Shown here piece after piece: positions 35,699-38,346 of a stretch of DNA of 38,346 nucleotides. The notes under the pieces were generated by a model, which made no database searches, was not told where the DNA came from, and saw nothing but the letters and a program-made list of their open reading frames with translations. Numbering within the stretch: the stretch's first letter is position 1; every line of letters begins with the position of its first letter. The stretch covers positions 75,159,326 to 75,197,671 of the forward strand of contig NC_068986.1 of the NCBI RefSeq assembly GCF_001194135.2, in the 5' to 3' direction. The DNA is from Octopus bimaculoides (taxonomy: Eukaryota). Position numbers and translations under genes: made by a program.

Positions 35699-36909
35699 CT
35701 AGGGTACGCTGAAAAGTTCGTAGGCTGACTATCAAGGAGTGTCGCTACACCTGTGAAACCTTCCATGCATTAATTTCAACTTTTCTTATAAATAACTAGT
35801 GGCAACTTCTCTTGAAAACTGACAAAATTTTGCGTTCCAGTGTTATCAAGTACCTGCGGGAAAATGGTTTATCCCCAACGACATCCATACTGCCATGGTT
35901 GTTGCATTCGAGGATAACGCTCCAACTTTATTAACAGTGCAAAAGTGGGCAGTTGACTTTAAAAAGGGAAAGGAGAGTCTTGATGACGACCTAAGATTTG
36001 GATATCGTGCAACTGCCACCACAGAGGAAATACTTGATTGTATTCACCACATGCTGGTGGATGACAGGCGATTGTCTATAATTCAAATAGCCAGTGCTAT
36101 TAGTAAATCCTGTGAGAGGGTTGAGAATACTCTGCACAATGAACTTAGTATGACAAAGGTTTCGGCTCAGTGGGGGGCACGTTGTCTGACTCCTGATCAA
36201 GAGCGCACAAGGCTGATCACAACACAGCAAAATCTGATATTGTTTGAAGCTGAACCTGCTAGTTTGAACCAGCTACTTTGAACGTTTCCTAAGCCAGGAT
36301 GAGTGTTAGATTCATTAATTTGGACCAGAGACAAAGAGGCAAGACATACAAGGGAAACATTCCACCCAGATTAATGAAGGCTAAGGTCATTTCACCTGTA
36401 AGGAAGGTAATGGCCTCAGTCTTTTGAAATGCAAAAGGCATTGTTTTTGTTAACTATCTTCAAAAGGGTCACTCCATCAATAGAGATTACTGTGTCAACT
36501 TGCTGGGGAAGTTACAAAAGGTTATCAAGACCAAACGCCAAGGAAAACTGACAAAATAGGTCTTTTTTCATCAGGACAATGCTCCAGCACTCAACTCCCT
36601 ATTTTCGTGCGTGGCTGTAGGTTTGAACTGGTTGGTCACCCCCGGCTTCATCTGACTATCACCTGTCCCCAACATGAAAAAGACACATGGCCGGCAAGCA
36701 GTATGGCAATGATGATAACGTCATATCTGCTGTTGAATAATTTTTTTGACCAACAGTATGAAAGCTTCTGCAACAATGGGATCCAAGCACCGCAACACCG
36801 ATGGAAGAAATGTGTGGACTGCGACGGAGACAGTGGAAAAATAAACGTCAATTGGTCTCATTCCATGAGAGCATCTTGGTCAGCCTATAAACTTTTCAGA
36901 CGACCCTCG
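35699..36909 (+). mobile_element. mariner DNA transposon, irritans/Hsmar2-like, inactive
   Basis: TIRs ctagggtacgctgaaaagttcgtaggctgact and ggtcagcctataaacttttcagacgaccctcg followed by TA; 1211 bp. Confidence 0.92.
35812..36843 (+). pseudogene. mariner transposase pseudogene
   Basis: ORF 35895-36281 (TVQKWAVDFKKG, DDRRLS, KVSAQWGARCLT). Further fragments read QDEC, KVMASVF, HQDNAPA, ASSDYHL, RWKKCVDCDG; many stops and deletions, including loss of most of PYSPDL. Confidence 0.9.
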
Positions 36910-37182
36910 TATATATTTGTATGTGTGTGTGTGTGTGCGTGCGCGTGTGTGTATGTGTGTGTGTGTGTGCGTGCGCGTGTGTGTATGTGTGTGTGTGTGT
37001 GTGTTCGTAGTGGAATTACTGGGAATTGCTACTAAAGTGGAGGGCGTGTTACATAACGGAAGAAAATGGCATCTACGTTTATTTTTCTTATATTGAAAAA
37101 TCTTTATCAATGGTTGAAAAGAACATGCTTATATTTTCACGTAATTCCCTTATTTTTCATGACATGTAGTCGTTAAAGTTTC

Positions 37183-37239
37183 TTATAACCGTAGATAGTA
37201 CTATTTCGTTGTCTTTCTGAACTCTTCAGCATGACATAA
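37183..37239 (-). ncRNA. Type I hammerhead-like motif (HHR4), intact core with wobbly helix I
   Basis: Minus strand reads UUAU-GUCAUG CUGAAGA GUU-CAGAAAGAC-AAC GAAA UAGUACUA UC UACGGU-U-AUAA; G10.1-C11.1 pair, palindromic helix III AUAGUACUAU, AUC triplet. Confidence 0.55.
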
Positions 37240-38346
37240 CTCGTGATTTTAAATTTAGTTATTCTAAATTCATTTAAAAGTTAAAAACGATCTTTTTCAT
37301 TATTTCTTCTTTTAACAATGGAGAAAAGAAAAGTCGGGAACAGAGATAGAAATAGTAACTTGTTGTATATTTCGAAATATCTTATTGTTCTTTTTAAATA
37401 GTCCCAGTATAGATTTTTCGCGCGTGGTTTTTTTTTTGTGTGTGTGTGTAGTTATAGTTAATGTTTTCACAAGGGATGCATATATATACACACACAAGTA
37501 TTCATAAATATTGTATACTCATAGATTAATACACGCACACACTTATGCATACATATGTAAACGTGTATACATGTATGTATGGATATGTGTGTATACATGC
37601 TTATGGGCATATGTGCACAAATATTTCTAAGATAGGTTTTGGCTTAGCAATATAAAAAAAAAATTATTTAACCTTCGCTCCGAAAACCATCCTAAAATTC
37701 CAATATTTACTCAAGTTAAAACCGACTCATATAAAATATTTTATGAAAATGAAAACATAGGTAAAGTTAATAACATCCGCATTCTTTTAACGACTCGTTG
37801 CATTTAAGCTGAACATATGTTATATTATCGTAGCATATTTGATAGCATATTTAAATAAACAACTAATTTAAATTTAAAATGTTCCCACTTTGGCCTCAAT
37901 CAAACGACGGGTATCGAATAAGTATATTTCATATTTCCATGCAAAATACGACATTGAAGTTTTCATACTACATAGACACTCATTTCAAAATATATACACA
38001 ATCTGATGGTATAGAAAAGCAAATAAATAACTGTTATTTATTTGGATACATAATAGGAATTTTAAGTCAAATTTATGTTTCATATTTCACTCGGGGCGGG
38101 TGGGGGGCGTACAGATAAATTCACGTGTGAGGAGGTGTCTACATAATGGTGAGATATGGAAGCATATGAATTAATGTTTAGCTTTGTTATATAAATTCAT
38201 GGGGGTGTAAGGTTAATTATAGTTATAGATACGATGGCGTTATATGGTACCGTGGGATATGTCTTTAATTTTAAAAATGGTGAATTTATATATGTAAGTG
38301 TATCTTGGAAAATAGGTATGCATATATATATATATATACATATATA

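Noticed and set aside
38095-38110. G-rich run as a G-quadruplex
   Set aside because: Only three separate G tracts

Overview
AT-rich animal nuclear DNA from a gapped draft assembly, with 12 N-runs and very dense microsatellites. The repeat content matches what I recall of octopod genomes (inference, not verified). No protein-coding host gene can be supported. Identifiable content: (i) about 20 full or partial copies of three tRNA-headed SINE families, labelled A, B and C here; (ii) two nearly full-length but inactivated mariner transposons from different subfamilies, lying back to back (33869-35115 minus, 35699-36909 plus); (iii) several small inverted-repeat (MITE/foldback) elements, one containing a tRNA-like cloverleaf; (iv) degenerate minisatellites. 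The most notable signal is a set of type I hammerhead-ribozyme-like motifs with palindromic helix III. Four are recognisable (1141-1215, 1859-1916, 33501-33557, 37183-37239) and three are weaker relics. They differ in sequence from each other and all lie on the minus strand. This architecture is known from Penelope-like elements and animal retrozymes. All folds were derived by eye and need computational and experimental confirmation.
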